Source: Nemertoderma westbladi (Eukaryota > Animalia > Xenacoelomorpha). From it: a stretch of DNA of 61,665 bases. Positions 34,410-46,900 of the stretch are shown here, in pieces. A program made the translations under genes and the position numbers. Position 1 is the stretch's first letter. The number at the start of each line of letters is the position of its first letter. The notes under the pieces are model-generated. The model ran no database searches and was not told the origin of the DNA. It worked only from the letters and a program-made list of their open reading frames with translations. Where the stretch lies: NCBI GenBank assembly GCA_032718475.1, contig JAUCBJ010003888.1:1-61665 (forward strand). Reading direction: 5' to 3'.

Positions 34410-34826
34410 ATGACGGAGTTGATAGAAGATGATCTTGGTATTAGGGAGCAATATACTCTACCTTTACAAGCATTTGTGGATAGCTTAATATGCGGTGAAG
34501 CCGATCCAACCATTACGGAGGACGATGGTCGTTATATCGAACCGCCGATGTCCCAAGAGCAACTTGCGCGTGAATTGGACTATCGAAAATTCACCACTCG
34601 CTATACGAATCGTAATGGTACGTATATGGACTTCTTAACTACCGGCCATCCTATCGATTTGCATGATACGGACGATGTAGATACAGAAAGGGAAATGGTT
34701 CTATTTAAATATCATACCCAGCGGAGTCGTAACGATAAACCGAGAATGGAAGAATGGAACGCGAGAATTCTATTCGAAAATAACTCGAAAGATAGAACGT
34801 GGAAGAAAGTTTGTAAAGACAAATAG
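34410..34826 (+). CDS. ORF3 N-terminal segment of el2 (unknown function)
   Basis: Homologous to el1 5963-5553 and el3 48986-49291. Confidence 0.7.
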   Translation: MTELIEDDLGIREQYTLPLQAFVDSLICGEADPTITEDDGRYIEPPMSQEQLARELDYRKFTTRYTNRNGTYMDFLTTGHPIDLHDTDDVDTEREMVLFKYHTQRSRNDKPRMEEWNARILFENNSKDRTWKKVCKDK

Positions 34827-35681
34827 AGGAGAACACTGGAGAAGAGACATGGGTTAATGTCCAGGGTCCATGATGTGAATAGTTTTTCCCCGGGGCACGG
34901 GTGCTCGCGGGCGGTCTCCTTCGGGAGGCTGTAATTTCTCTTCCTTCATCGTTTTCCTGTAATTATTGTGATCAGTGTCACAATTAAAGGGCAAGAATGA
35001 ATGATGATGTGACGGAAACATGTCCATTGTGGTATCTTATGGATACTACCATATATCCCCCCTCCTCTTTACTCCCTTTATCCCTCTATACATCGCTATT
35101 GAAAATACAACATACTTCGTCCCACCTTCTCTTTCCAATGTGCTCGGAGCTTTGGGAGACGATCGACCAATCATTGCCGTATCGTGGTATGGATCATACC
35201 GCCTCCTAATAAATCCCCCACCCCTTACTGTTTATTTGTATGCTCATATTGGTGTCCGCACCTCTCGTCCATGTCACATTCCACATTCTGTTGATGTTTA
35301 TGATATCAACTTCCACCCTCGCGTTGTTGATTAGAAAATCAACCACCAATAATTTCCTTAAGTCCGCAACCGTGATACAAACAAGGACTGAAAGGACACG
35401 AGGATAGTTTGTGAACAACTGGTACCATTATGTGTCATAAATCTGGTTGTTCACCTCCCTCAATGATTGGAGATATAAATCTTATGTAGAACAACTGAGA
35501 CAAACATATCCTTGAACTGGTATTTACCTCCTCGCTAGGGATAAATTCATTTAGAGATAGTCTTCGAACGATTGAATCCTCCTACTGAAGTCGTCTTTCT
35601 GAATATTTCTGAATACGATATAGGTCTTCCTCTGCTCTCGATCATCAATGGCGGAAAACATATTAGTCATCCTATGGGAAC

Positions 35682-37457
35682 ATGGAGAACATTCCATACC
35701 CTTTCGTTGATACTCAGCTGATTGCTCCCTGGGCAGAAGGTCGAGGTTTCTTCCGCACTATGTATGCTAATACGCCTAGCAACATTACAAAGGTGCAACG
35801 AACTTCCATCGGACATCTTGCCTTTCAGGAATATGGATGGAATTTCAAAGTCGGAAATCCCATTAACTATCAACAAGTATACGGAGACCATTATTCTCGA
35901 TTATACTTTGATGGACCATTGACCGCACCTGGCGCCGTGTATAACTTCATGAGTGTTCCACTCCGTCCCTCCTTAGCTATATACACGATCTTTGAAAACA
36001 CCGCACTTGCCGGTTGGCTAGCCGATGTGTGCAGTCGTACTATACGCGCCCATCCATTAATACTTGGGACCATACTCGCTAAGCTAGATGAACATAATAA
36101 ATTCATCCGTTTCGAATGTTTCCGGCGATTTTTAACCCCGTTCCGCAACGTGGATAGCCAATTTAAAGACCGCGCTTTGACCAAACTCAGCCTAAGAAAC
36201 TCAGCTGCAGAGAAGTTGGATAGTGCTGGATTCGCCATTTTCAAAGAGATTTGTATATCGAACTTGCACTCCTCTGTTATACAAAGACCTCGAATCCCCA
36301 CAGGTTATTCTGTCGTGGAAATTCAGACAATAGGTCCACCTGAAGAGACAGACGCGCCCACTTCAGCTATGCACCTGGAAGACGAACCAATATGTCTAGA
36401 ATCTGAAGAGATTCAGCCTATCGCCCCCCGGAACAGCGACAACGATTACATCATAGAATGGTATCAAGGTCCACAGTGTCTCACTGCGTACGATTATCGA
36501 CATGCCAACTATGTTTCTAGGCAACGTTGTCGGTTATGCGCATCGAGAGACCACGATATACCCATGGACACCAACGTCCGCTGTTCCTATTTCCAAGAAC
36601 AACCGACTATGGAAATTTATTGCGCATATTGCAGACTCAATAACTTGCATATCTTTGCGGTTTGCCCTCAATTTATGACTCAATGTCACCATTGTCAACT
36701 AAAGGGACATGCTAGTTTCGATTGCCCTTTTAATCACGATTTGGAAAGCGTAGATGAAATGATCACACTACGTTACATCAGAGCTTGGGAAGCGAACGCT
36801 GATTTACATTGTGATTCGCGCCATCGCTATTATCCCGGACGCGCTTACGAAGGAGTTTATGCGTTCCATCCTTATCTATTCGCTTCGGTTGAACAGAAAT
36901 CACGCATATCAAGTTACGAGCTACTGAAGCGCGTTGGAGAATGTATTTCAACCAAATTCGTACGCAAATTTCTCAGGAGTGTTAATTCTAGCGACCTTCA
37001 TTCCTATAACTTAATCAATTATATCCGTCAGGATCCGGACTATGGAGACTTGTTTGTTAACTCACACCCCGAGTTACAGGAAGTATATCGACGGCCTTAC
37101 GAATACCGAGCCCGCGAACGCGAGTTGGAAAGGACCATTAAACCCCGGAGGTTTCTAACTGCCTATGGTCCACCCACGGCCCTCGTTCAGACCACTCGTA
37201 AAGGACCCGTAAGAGCGGCTGTCTTGAAACGAGCTCTCAAAGCCGTTAGACCCCTCTCCCCGGACGTTGATGTCAATCAACCCGGTACTTCGACTAGTGG
37301 ATACACCGACCATAATCCTACACCCTCTGATGCAATCATATTGCACCCCTCACCCAGGAGTTATAGCCCTCCTTGTAAAGTGGCTCGCCCCAAAGAGAAA
37401 AGGACTCTGGCTAGCTTTAAGAAACTGCGTAAACGCCGTCCGCGCAAGAAAGACTAA
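35682..37457 (+). CDS. ORF3 C-terminal segment of el2, 591 aa, CCHC zinc-knuckle protein
   Basis: CRLCASRDH-x9-C, CAYCRLNNLHIFAVC and CHHCQLKGHASFDC; basic tail KKLRKRRPRKKD; ends 78 bp before the 3' LTR. Confidence 0.8.
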   Translation: MENIPYPFVDTQLIAPWAEGRGFFRTMYANTPSNITKVQRTSIGHLAFQEYGWNFKVGNPINYQQVYGDHYSRLYFDGPLTAPGAVYNFMSVPLRPSLAIYTIFENTALAGWLADVCSRTIRAHPLILGTILAKLDEHNKFIRFECFRRFLTPFRNVDSQFKDRALTKLSLRNSAAEKLDSAGFAIFKEICISNLHSSVIQRPRIPTGYSVVEIQTIGPPEETDAPTSAMHLEDEPICLESEEIQPIAPRNSDNDYIIEWYQGPQCLTAYDYRHANYVSRQRCRLCASRDHDIPMDTNVRCSYFQEQPTMEIYCAYCRLNNLHIFAVCPQFMTQCHHCQLKGHASFDCPFNHDLESVDEMITLRYIRAWEANADLHCDSRHRYYPGRAYEGVYAFHPYLFASVEQKSRISSYELLKRVGECISTKFVRKFLRSVNSSDLHSYNLINYIRQDPDYGDLFVNSHPELQEVYRRPYEYRARERELERTIKPRRFLTAYGPPTALVQTTRKGPVRAAVLKRALKAVRPLSPDVDVNQPGTSTSGYTDHNPTPSDAIILHPSPRSYSPPCKVARPKEKRTLASFKKLRKRRPRKKD

Positions 37458-37526
37458 CTGTTTAGAGTATTTACGTATATTAGAAACTGTGATTTTGTAT
37501 ATTTTATAGACTCAAATCCCATTTTC

Positions 37527-37535
37527 TGGGAGCGG
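37527..37535 (+). promoter_or_regulatory. Polypurine tract of el2
   Basis: TGGGAGCGG abuts the 3' LTR; identical in el3 (50388-50396). Confidence 0.65.
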
Positions 37536-38797
37536 TGTAAAAGCTTCTGTGGGATATAACTGGCCCTTTTGCTTCGCAATCCAGTTTCCCCCCCAGGCGC
37601 TGGAATACTCTAAAAGGTTCTCTAACTGTATATATATTCCCCTCGCCCGCAAGGTACTGTTACAGGTGTTTTAACGGACATAAAAGTCATTCTTCTATAT
37701 ACGTGTTTTGGCGGACATGGTAAGGCAAAAAACCTGCAATGCACCAAATACCTTTCACAGCTTAGCCGTGATGATTCATATTACGACATCTAACAGCTGG
37801 TTGCTGACATGGAAACAGCCATTGGCCACATGGTTCTTTGTTTAGCTTAAGCCAATCAGAGCGATTTTTTCTGTCGATGTGGAGCTTTTCGGCCGATCAT
37901 ACTAGGAGTGTTCAGTCTTACTGTTTTTTGTGATACTGTTGTGTTATTGCTATCTAGGCCAGGAACAACGGCTCTAGAGTCAATTCGTTTCATACTTTAG
38001 AAGAAACATTAGTAGGCTTAAGATTATAGAGCGTATAACTGTTATCAGTCCAACTCACTTGTCACAACATATCATTCATATCATATCTTAACCTACCATC
38101 TTAATGCTTTTACTGTTGTCATATTTTGTATTAGTTGGTCGAATATTATTTGGAGAACATATATAAAGAACCCAAATTTCCCAATTTTCTTGATACACTA
38201 CAGGTTAGAGAGACGGGTTATATATAGCGATTGCGACTTATATTGTTGTGGTTTGTAGTGAATTTAATGCTATTTGGTAAGCACTACATGATTCGTTGCT
38301 GTTCTCTTTATATATGATAAAATTCATTGACGGTCGGCAAATTAGTGAGCAGTATTGTGTGTTACCGGTAGTGTGCATGATTGTGACTGATAACTAAGCA
38401 TTTCCTAAAGAATGCGCCTCATACGTGAATCATAAGCCTTACCGACTTACCGTTGTGATTAGTATAAGTCATATCTCTGTTTACCTAGATAGAGCGCCAC
38501 GTCCTAAAGGAACTGTTAATATTTCCCGAAAGTGAATAATATTGGTCAGAAATTAATTATTAACGATCAATCGAATAATACAATCCAGTAAGCTTACACT
38601 GCAATAATAATCTAAGCCCTCTGAATCCAGTCTCCCGGGTATATCCAGCGGGTGAATGGACACGCACTAGGCTGGCTTCTGCTAATGTTGTGTTTATTGG
38701 TATTAAATATTTGTCATCTTCTAAAGTATATTTATAAACCAAAAGACATATAAATTTTGGCAGGTTAAACTGCTAAAGGTCTTCAAAAGCGCATACA
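37536..38797 (+). repeat. el2 3' LTR
   Basis: Direct repeat of 21092-22353. Confidence 0.97.
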
Positions 38798-38802
38798 GAT
38801 AC

Positions 38803-39588
38803 CAACTTTGCTGTATCAGAACTTGGGACACAGTCGCTGGTGAACGCGATCGCCGGGAAGGAGCCATTCTCCTTAGCCACCCACCTGAAGTGCATGGAGG
38901 GAGCGCACATGACATCTCGGAAAGAGAGGCAGGGTATGGAGAAAGCCCAGCAGGAGGAAGCATTGGAAGGAATGGCGGAGCACCAGCGTGTCGCTGTCCA
39001 ACGGGCGGCGGAGTTCAGGACCGGTGGCTGGCTATCCTCTCTTCCGGTAGCCGAACACCAGTTTGACCTCTCACCCCGGGAGTTTAGGGATGCTGTGGCT
39101 GTCCGGTATGGTAGACCCCTCGTAGGTGTCCCTTGCAGATGCGACGGTTGTGGCGCTGGGTTTGATCTCAACCACGGGTTGAATTGTAAGAAGGGTGGTC
39201 TAGTGATTCAGCGTCACAACGAGCTCCGCGACGCAGTCGGTGACCTCGCGGCCCTGGCATTCGGACCGCGAAACGTTATGCTCGAGCCAGTGGTCCACGA
39301 GCAGCACGAGGATGGCGACGGGGCTGGTCTGCGATGCGATGTCGGCATTAGGGGAGCGTTCAGTACCCAGACACAGGCGTTGATTGACATACGTACAATT
39401 AACCTTGACGCTGTGTCTTATGCTGGGCGCTCCGTGAGGTCGGTATTGGAGTCGGCGGAAGAGGAGAAGAAACGCTTATATACAGCCGCAGTTTCCGCCC
39501 GCCGAGGTGATTTCTCCCCTTTCGTCGCCTCATGCGACGGCATACTGGCACCGCAGGCCAATAAGCTGTTGCGAATCATCGCAGACTG
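38803..39588 (+). mobile_element. CRE-like element, part 2 (CCHC + restriction-like endonuclease)
   Basis: Joins part 1 in frame (EADT|NFAVSELG). Motifs CDGCGAGFDLNHGLNC, RHNELRD, RCD...IDIR, EEEKKRLY and FSPFV. Confidence 0.9.
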
Positions 39589-40839
39589 TGTAAAAGCTTT
39601 TGCGTAATTAGCCGGTTATTATCCCCGTAAAGTACTCTGTGGTTGGTTTACCAGGCATAAGAAGGCCGTGTCCTTGCTGTACTGGTGTTTTGGAGGACAT
39701 AAAAGCCATTTCTTCTGTATTTGTACTTTAGAGGACATAATCTGTAATTTCGTGACGTAAAAAGCTCGATACTCTTGAAAACAGTGTCGCTACCATGACG
39801 ACGGCTAACGGCTGATATTGCCACGTTGCCCCATAGCCCTATTTCTGTATCTGCCAATAGAATTTGAGTTGGCTTTGATTTTAACCTATCACAGAGCTAC
39901 TGAACTGAATTTTTCCTATCTCACTGCTCTTTCTCTGTGTTGGACGGGAGCTTCGTGGAATAAGGGTAGCTGGTATTCTTATAGTTATTCTTATCAGTGT
40001 TGTTGGTGATTCTAAGCCAGGAAGAACGGCTTTGGAGTATTTTGTGCTTTTCTACTTTAGCCCTACACTAGTAGGCTTAATTATAAGGACATATATCCGT
40101 TATCTGCATACTGCATACTGCAGTACTGCATACACTGCATACTGTGTAACACTGTGCATACTTTATATTGTTATACTGCTATTTACTGTCAGTTCTTCAT
40201 AATATGGTTGATGAATTATTATATTTGGAATAACGACAAATAACCCCGAAAACCCAATATTCTTGATATACCGAAGGTAAGAGAGAAAGGTTACAGATAA
40301 ATGATTGCGACCTATGTTGAGTGGTTTGAAGTGAATCTAATGTTATTTGATAGACCCTACATGATTCGGTCCGTGTTCCTTTTATATGTGACTAAAATCA
40401 GTGAAGATCGGCAGATCAGTGTGCAGTATTGTGCAGCATTGTGTATGAGTGAGACTGATAACGAAGCATTTCCTAAAGAATGCGCCATATATGTGAATTG
40501 TAACTAAGCCATATCGTTGTGAGTAGTTTAAGTCATAACTCTGTTTATATAGATAGAGCGCCACGTCCTAAAGGAACTGTTAATATTCCCCGAAGGTGAA
40601 TAATATTGTCAGAGATTATATAATACTGTCAGTCGAATAATACATTAGGCTTACATAGCAATAAAATTAAGCCGTCGAACCCAATCTCCCGGGTATATCC
40701 AGCGGGTGAATGATCGCGCACAGATTGGTTTCGACTAGTGTAGTGAATTAAATACTTGTCATAGACTAAAGGTGATTTATTATCTAGAAGACATCCTAAT
40801 TTGGCGGGTTAAACTGCCAAAGGTCTGAAAGCGCGAACA
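39589..40839 (+). repeat. el3 5' LTR
   Basis: Direct repeat of 50397-51647; TGTAAAAGC...AACA. Confidence 0.97.
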
Positions 40840-40851
40840 ATAACGGATATA
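40840..40851 (+). promoter_or_regulatory. Non-tRNA primer-binding site of el3 (complementary to LTR 40092-40103)
   Basis: ATAACGGATATA is the reverse complement of TATATCCGTTAT at 40092-40103. Confidence 0.75.
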
Positions 40852-41199
40852 GCTTCTTTATTGCAGTAAGCAATAAAGTTGAAAGTACCGGTCAACCAGT
40901 AAACCTGAACGGTCCATCTGTAGGTCAGTAGGCCCAACTGCCAGAACCGGTACTGCCGTAGGTCCGTAGGTCCAACTGCCAGAACCGGTACTTCAGTAGG
41001 TCGGTAGGCCTAACTGTCCTAACCGGTACTTCCCGTATAAGTACAGCAGTATTATTCGATTTGATTATATATGCCGGTAGGTCTTAATAATTAATCGGGG
41101 ACGCCTGGTTTTTATTGAGATTTTACTTATTTCTGTCAAGTTTTATTTGTTTGTAGGCCAGTATTGAACAGAAGGCGTGTAAGCCTGATCAGATTGTAC

Positions 41200-41775
41200 A
41201 GACAATTTGTAGGCTGAGCTGTTGTCTGATTGTTGTTAAGTCTGAACGGATTGCAGTGTGTGTAGATCATCTGTCCGATAAAGAACGGTTAGGAAGTAGG
41301 GGCAGCGAATGCTGTAAGGTAAACCCCCAATTAAAGAATAAGTCGTACTACTGGGTTAGAACGCATACTACCTAATTATTTCGGAGTCTGCATGTCCTGT
41401 AGTTTATTTAGGCTTGAGAGTAGTCTGCCATCGTTGAGTCTGTACTTTGTTTGTGTAAGTCTGTACAGGTAGCGTATAATATTTATTTAGATAATTTGTA
41501 GGGTGCATAGTTGTCTGGCTGTTATTAGGTCTGAACGGATTGCAGCGTGTGTAGATCACTTGTCCGATAAAGAACGGTTTGGAAGTAGGGGCAGCGAATG
41601 CTGTAAGGTAAACCCCCGACTAAAGAATAAGTCGTACTACTGGGTTAGAACGCATACTACCTAATTATTTCGGAGTCTGCATATACCGTAGTTTGTTTAG
41701 GCTTGATAGTAGTCTGTCAGTGTTCGGTCTGCATTTTGTTTGAGTAGTTTGTACGCGTAGCGTAATATTTATTAT
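41200..41775 (+). repeat. ~289-bp tandem duplication in the el3 leader
   Basis: GTCCGATAAAGAACGGTT... at 41273 and 41562. Confidence 0.9.
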
Positions 41776-43212
41776 TCAGAGTTTATGCGATTATTCGCAA
41801 CATTCATTCCCCAAGTTTGTTCCTACAGTAATTGTGTTTGTTATACATACCGCTATAGTTAAATTAACCCCGGTACTATACGGGCTGCTTGGCGTAGGTA
41901 AAGACTGGTGATTTTGTGCATCGGTCACTCCAGCAGATGCCGTGGTTCTTTTAGCTGTTCAAGTATATTTAACTACTGATTATATGTTATACAAGTACTC
42001 GTACCTAATTTAGGGCTTAGTGTACAGTGCTTTCCGAAAGTAATTAGTGTAGGCATTATATTTGTGTTGTAAAGTGGTTGATAGGCACGTTCGATTAGCT
42101 CTATTAACTTCTAGGTAGGAACACTCCGTGATACATAACGTAGAACCTATAGCGATACGGCTATAGGTCGTCAGGCGGTGGTATTTTCCTATCTGGACAA
42201 CGCAGTGTATTTGCTGCTACGTATTATTTTCAAATACCGCAGTACCCTGTCCGTTGTAATAACCAGATTTCTAACCCTTTGTTAGGCTGGTTTGTAGACT
42301 TCTTGTAAAATTACCCTAAAAATTAATATTTTGTGTTTTTTGTAAATTTTTGTGTTTATTTAGAGATTGTAATCTCACCCGAATTGTACGTAATTTGTAG
42401 TATTAAGTAACTTAGGTAAATTAGAATTATTTGTTTTAGTGTCCTTTAAGTAACACTTCACTGAAAGCGCACCGCTTTGTGTAGTGATTACTCCCCAGAA
42501 ATAATAACATTTATTTCAACATTGACAAAACCCATTAAACGGGTATATATATATTATAAATCAACTCAAACGATTTATAAACAGTAGGCCTGCCATACAA
42601 CAATTAGGTCTCAATATCAGTTGGAGTACTGCTTAAATAACGGCAATAAAGTAAGTTAAAGTAACCAAGTAACCCTTAAAATTCAGAAATTCAGTTATTT
42701 AAAATAATTGATATACCGGTATTTACAATAGGCTTATTATATTTATTTTTATAAATTTTAGGTTGAAATCATACCGGTATTCTGTAATTAATTCTAGTTT
42801 GTAATTATACTTATATATATACACTATAAGTGTAAACTGCATACCGGTATTTACGATAGGCCTATTATCTTTATTTCTATAAATTTAGGCTGAAATTATA
42901 CCGGTACTTGTAATTAATTCTAGTCCAGAATTATATATACTACAAACTGTAAGCTGTATACCGGTATTCCGATAGGCCTATTATATATTTATATATATTT
43001 GTGCTAAAATTATACCGGTATTCTGTGATAAACCTAGTCTGTAATAATAGTTATATATACTATAAGCATACCGGTATTCTAATATATTATATATATCACG
43101 CTACACTGAGTAGCAGTACCGGTAATTAATTACTAGGCTAGCAGTTAATACTGAGTTACTAGACTTGCTCAGACTGTAATACAGCAGTAGACATTCAACT
43201 GTACACATAAGC

Positions 43213-43980
43213 ATGTCTGACGCAAAGCAGAACCTGTCAGACAGTCTACTAGATACAACCGAGAGCGAAGTGACAGCAGAGAAACCGCATAAGAGGGATG
43301 CCATTGACATCTATCTGTCAGACTATCAACGTTTTTTAGGTGATGACGAGTTGAGGAGAAGGTTAGAGGGACTTAGCCCTAATAGTGAAGGAACCAAGCT
43401 TGTGTTGGATGCCATCGATGTGGAAATGAGGGCTGCGAACCAGGCTGAATTTGATGAACAACTCCGCATCACACGAGCCCAAGAAGAACAAGTAAAGAAA
43501 AAACGTATAGAAGACAGAAAGAAAGCAGCAGTGGTAGCTGCAGAAGCAGAAAGAAAAGCGGCAGCGGCAGAGGCAGCAGCAGAGGCAAAAGCGGCAGCGG
43601 CAGCGGCAGAGGCAAAAGCGGCAGTGGCAGCGGCAGCGGCAGAAGCAAAAGCGGCAGCGGCAGCGGCAGCGGCAGCGTCAGAAGCAAAGGCGGCCGAGGC
43701 TGAGAGAAAGGCCGCAGAGGCAGTGGCAGAAGCCGAACGGAGAGCGACTGAAGAAACCACCCAATTAGAATTGGAAAACATTCAGGAGAATCAAGACTGC
43801 ATAAATAAACAGTTAACAGCTAGTAATATGCAGATGATGAATCGATCTACTCCCAAACGACAGGGATATACATCATCTGAGGAAGGCGATACCACCGATA
43901 CTGAAGGCAAGGGAAATAGATCTCGTCTAAGTAGACGTAAAAGAACATTCCACCGTCAGAAATTTGCCTCCAGCTGTTAG
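43213..43980 (+). pseudogene. el3 Gag N-terminus (internally deleted, frameshifted)
   Basis: MSDAKQNLSDSLLDTT is joined directly to AEKP..DAIDIYL; Ala-rich repeat; 8-bp deletion near 43962 relative to el2. Confidence 0.85.
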
Positions 43981-46900
43981 AAGGCAACTAAATAACACCA
44001 ACTTAGGTAGTGCAGAGCCCACAGACCAAATAATTAAAATAGAAAGACTCCCTACTATAGTAGATGAGCCTGAAATAATTAGGCCTGTTCTTGAAATCAC
44101 CCCTTCGGTGATAGACACACCTGTGCTCCCTGAAACTACCTCTAAATTCCCTCTGCATAGCACTAAGCTACCTGTGCCCCGTAGAACTGCCCAGGAGACA
44201 GTTCAGGTTCTGGACCCCGAGCGAAATATTCCTGATTTGTCGCCCGTTGTCCCTCGTCCGCTCGCTACAACGTTGGCGACTCCCGCTTCGGCGGTCGAAT
44301 GGGTGGACGAGAGACGGCGGGGGATGGATCTCCTGCTCGGGCAGATGCAGGAGACTGTCCAGCAATTCGGGGGCACAGTAAGGGAAAGTAGACTAGAGTT
44401 GCAAGAAGTGCAGCAAAGTATCGCGCTAGAACGCGATAAATTAGTAAATACTCAAAAGGGTATACCGCCACCCTCTGTAACAATGTGTCAACCTGTTAGG
44501 TCTGAAGTATCTCATGCGCAAGGTGTGGAGCCTACACGCATATATACTGCTAGCGAAGTAGAAACTCCTATAGTGAACCCTATTAAGGGTAATTATAGAC
44601 CTGTTGATAATGATGTTCCACATAGAACTGATCATAATCCGAGAAATTTATATACCGATAACTCGATATTAAATAACACGATGGCCCAAGAAAGTTTTGC
44701 GCGTCAAATGGCTAGAACCGAAGCCCGGCAAGCGGTAAAGGTGGGAGAGATCGTCAAGTTCAATGGAGATGAGATGAAATGGTTACCTTTTAATGAATAT
44801 TATAAAGATAACATTCAGAACTCTGTACTATCTAATGGAGAGAAACTTAGATTCCTCATCGAGTGCTTGGAAGGATCTCCCAAGTTAATGGCGTTAAAGT
44901 TTATTGGACATCCAGACGGATTAAGACAAGTTTGGGATACACTAAACATCAGGTATGGTAATAAGACTAACATAGCTAGGTATTTATATGCGAAATTAAT
45001 GGCGCCCCGAAAGTTTCTTAGCAGCGGGATTATAGAGTTTTCCGATGAGATTCAGGAGATCTGTAGACAACTAGATTGGTTAGGTAAGTCTCATGAATAC
45101 CAGAATTCTATGGTTGTAGGAGCCTTAGCATCTACTTTGCCCAAGGGTGGAGTAGGTACACGCTGGGACAAGAAGGTGTTATATATGATGGAACAACAAC
45201 GACGAGACCCTACCATGACTGATCTCATGTCATTCTTAGATAGAGAAGTGAAATTACAGCTCCTAAGGCAGTCCAGAGAGAAGACATTGGAAAACAAGGT
45301 AAGTGAGAAACCCGTTTCTAGGAGAAGGGTAACACCAGTATGTTATACCGACGACGGTGAAAGCCAAACTTCTCAAGGAGAGGACGGCGGGAAAGACACT
45401 GACAGATCTTATTATGTCAATAAAATGCCTAAAGATCAGGTAAGTAAATCCGAGTCTCGACCCAATGACAGAAGGGAACCGGTACAAAAAACCCTTCCTA
45501 CGTCTCCTAAAAGAATTCAGGTGAGAAAGCCCGAGGAAAGAACAAGTGTGCACCACATAGCACAGGTTAAAGTAAGTAACATCAAGCCGAAATGTGTGCT
45601 GTGCGACGGGCCCCACCGTTTAAATGCGTGTGATAAATTCCTGAGGAAATCACTAAAGGATAGACGTGAAGTCATGTGGGATAAGCGGTTGTGTTATAAT
45701 TGCCTCAGACGAGGACACCAACGGCGAACCTGTTACTCCGACGCAAGGTGTGCAAAGTGCGGCGCAAAACATCATATCTTGTTGCACACGGAATTCGAAC
45801 GAAACAGCCCGAGTCAGGTAAGTGAGTCCGAACTACATGTCCAATTCAGTGATGTGAACGACACTGATCAATCTGAGATGGAAGGATTCTATACGGACGA
45901 GTTCTCCGACGAAAACGAATCCTGTTACTTAATAAACACCACCGCAGTGTATCGAGCACTCATGTATGAGAAAGACACAGACAGCGACCTCACCCTAACT
46001 ACTTCAGATCAACAACCATCTTGGAAAGCGCCAACTTCCAATGTAGGAATCCGAGAATTTCCTGTAGTCCAGTTACGGGTCCACGGACCTCAGAAGAGCT
46101 ATATAGTGAACGCCCTCCTGGACTACGGCAGCACAGGAACATTCATCGATAAAGAACTAGCCAAAGACATCTTTGCTGGACAACCCAAGTTCCGAACCAA
46201 GCTAAACATGTCAGGGATCATGCAGGTTTGGAAATCTGCTGTGGCTGCCGACTATTATATAGGTGAGTTGTCCACTCCACAGGATAAACTAGGAGAACAC
46301 ATTATAAGGTCAGTCAAAATGGTGGCAATAAAGAACTTCGCTACTACTCAAGCAGACCTTTATAATTGGGACGAGGATGAGAGCATCCAACATCTTAAGA
46401 TACCTCGATTCCAGACTGATTATCCTGGAGTGCAAATACTCATCGGCCAAAACGCGCATGAGGCGCTGGAGACATTAGAGAAACGACCTACTCAACCGCA
46501 ACCACTTCAGACCTATGCGATAAGAACTAGAGTAGGTTGGTACCTTACTGGACCTTCCCGTAGAACGCTCAGGGAAAGACTGCTTCAAGATCGCGTCTGC
46601 CAGGTGAGTGAATGGGAAGACGATACTAGTGAGGGAGACGACCCAACTGAGGGAACACCACACTCCTCAGATAATGACAATCTTAGCTCCAATGTAGATC
46701 AATGGAGATATTGCCCCAAGAAGTTTAATCCAACTGACATCGCTTCCAGAGGAACAACTCCTCAAGAACTGACAGATACTACAGACCGGTTAGGTGAACC
46801 CGACTTCCTGAGTAAGGAGGATGAATGGCCTCCCCATCTTACTCCGACTGAGATTAGACCAGCCAGGGGAGCGGAGAAAGTTAAACCTAAAACCCGGACG

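Larger units (their letters stand above)
21092..38797 (+). mobile_element. Full-length BEL/Pao LTR retrotransposon (el2), 17.7 kb
   Basis: Two 1262-bp LTRs (TG...CA), 5-bp TSD GATAC (21087-21091 / 38798-38802), gag-PR-RT-RH-IN plus an ORF3 region. Confidence 0.97.

Noticed and set aside
35682-37457. env gene
   Set aside because: The position fits, but no signal peptide or transmembrane anchor is visible; it has zinc knuckles and a basic tail instead.
39648-40564. Small ORFs duplicated at 50456-51372
   Set aside because: They lie within the el3 LTRs and are not conserved in the el2 LTRs.
43955-43980. Programmed frameshift in el3 gag
   Set aside because: Explained by an 8-bp microhomology deletion relative to el2. 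The shift needed is +1 and it falls mid-Gag.
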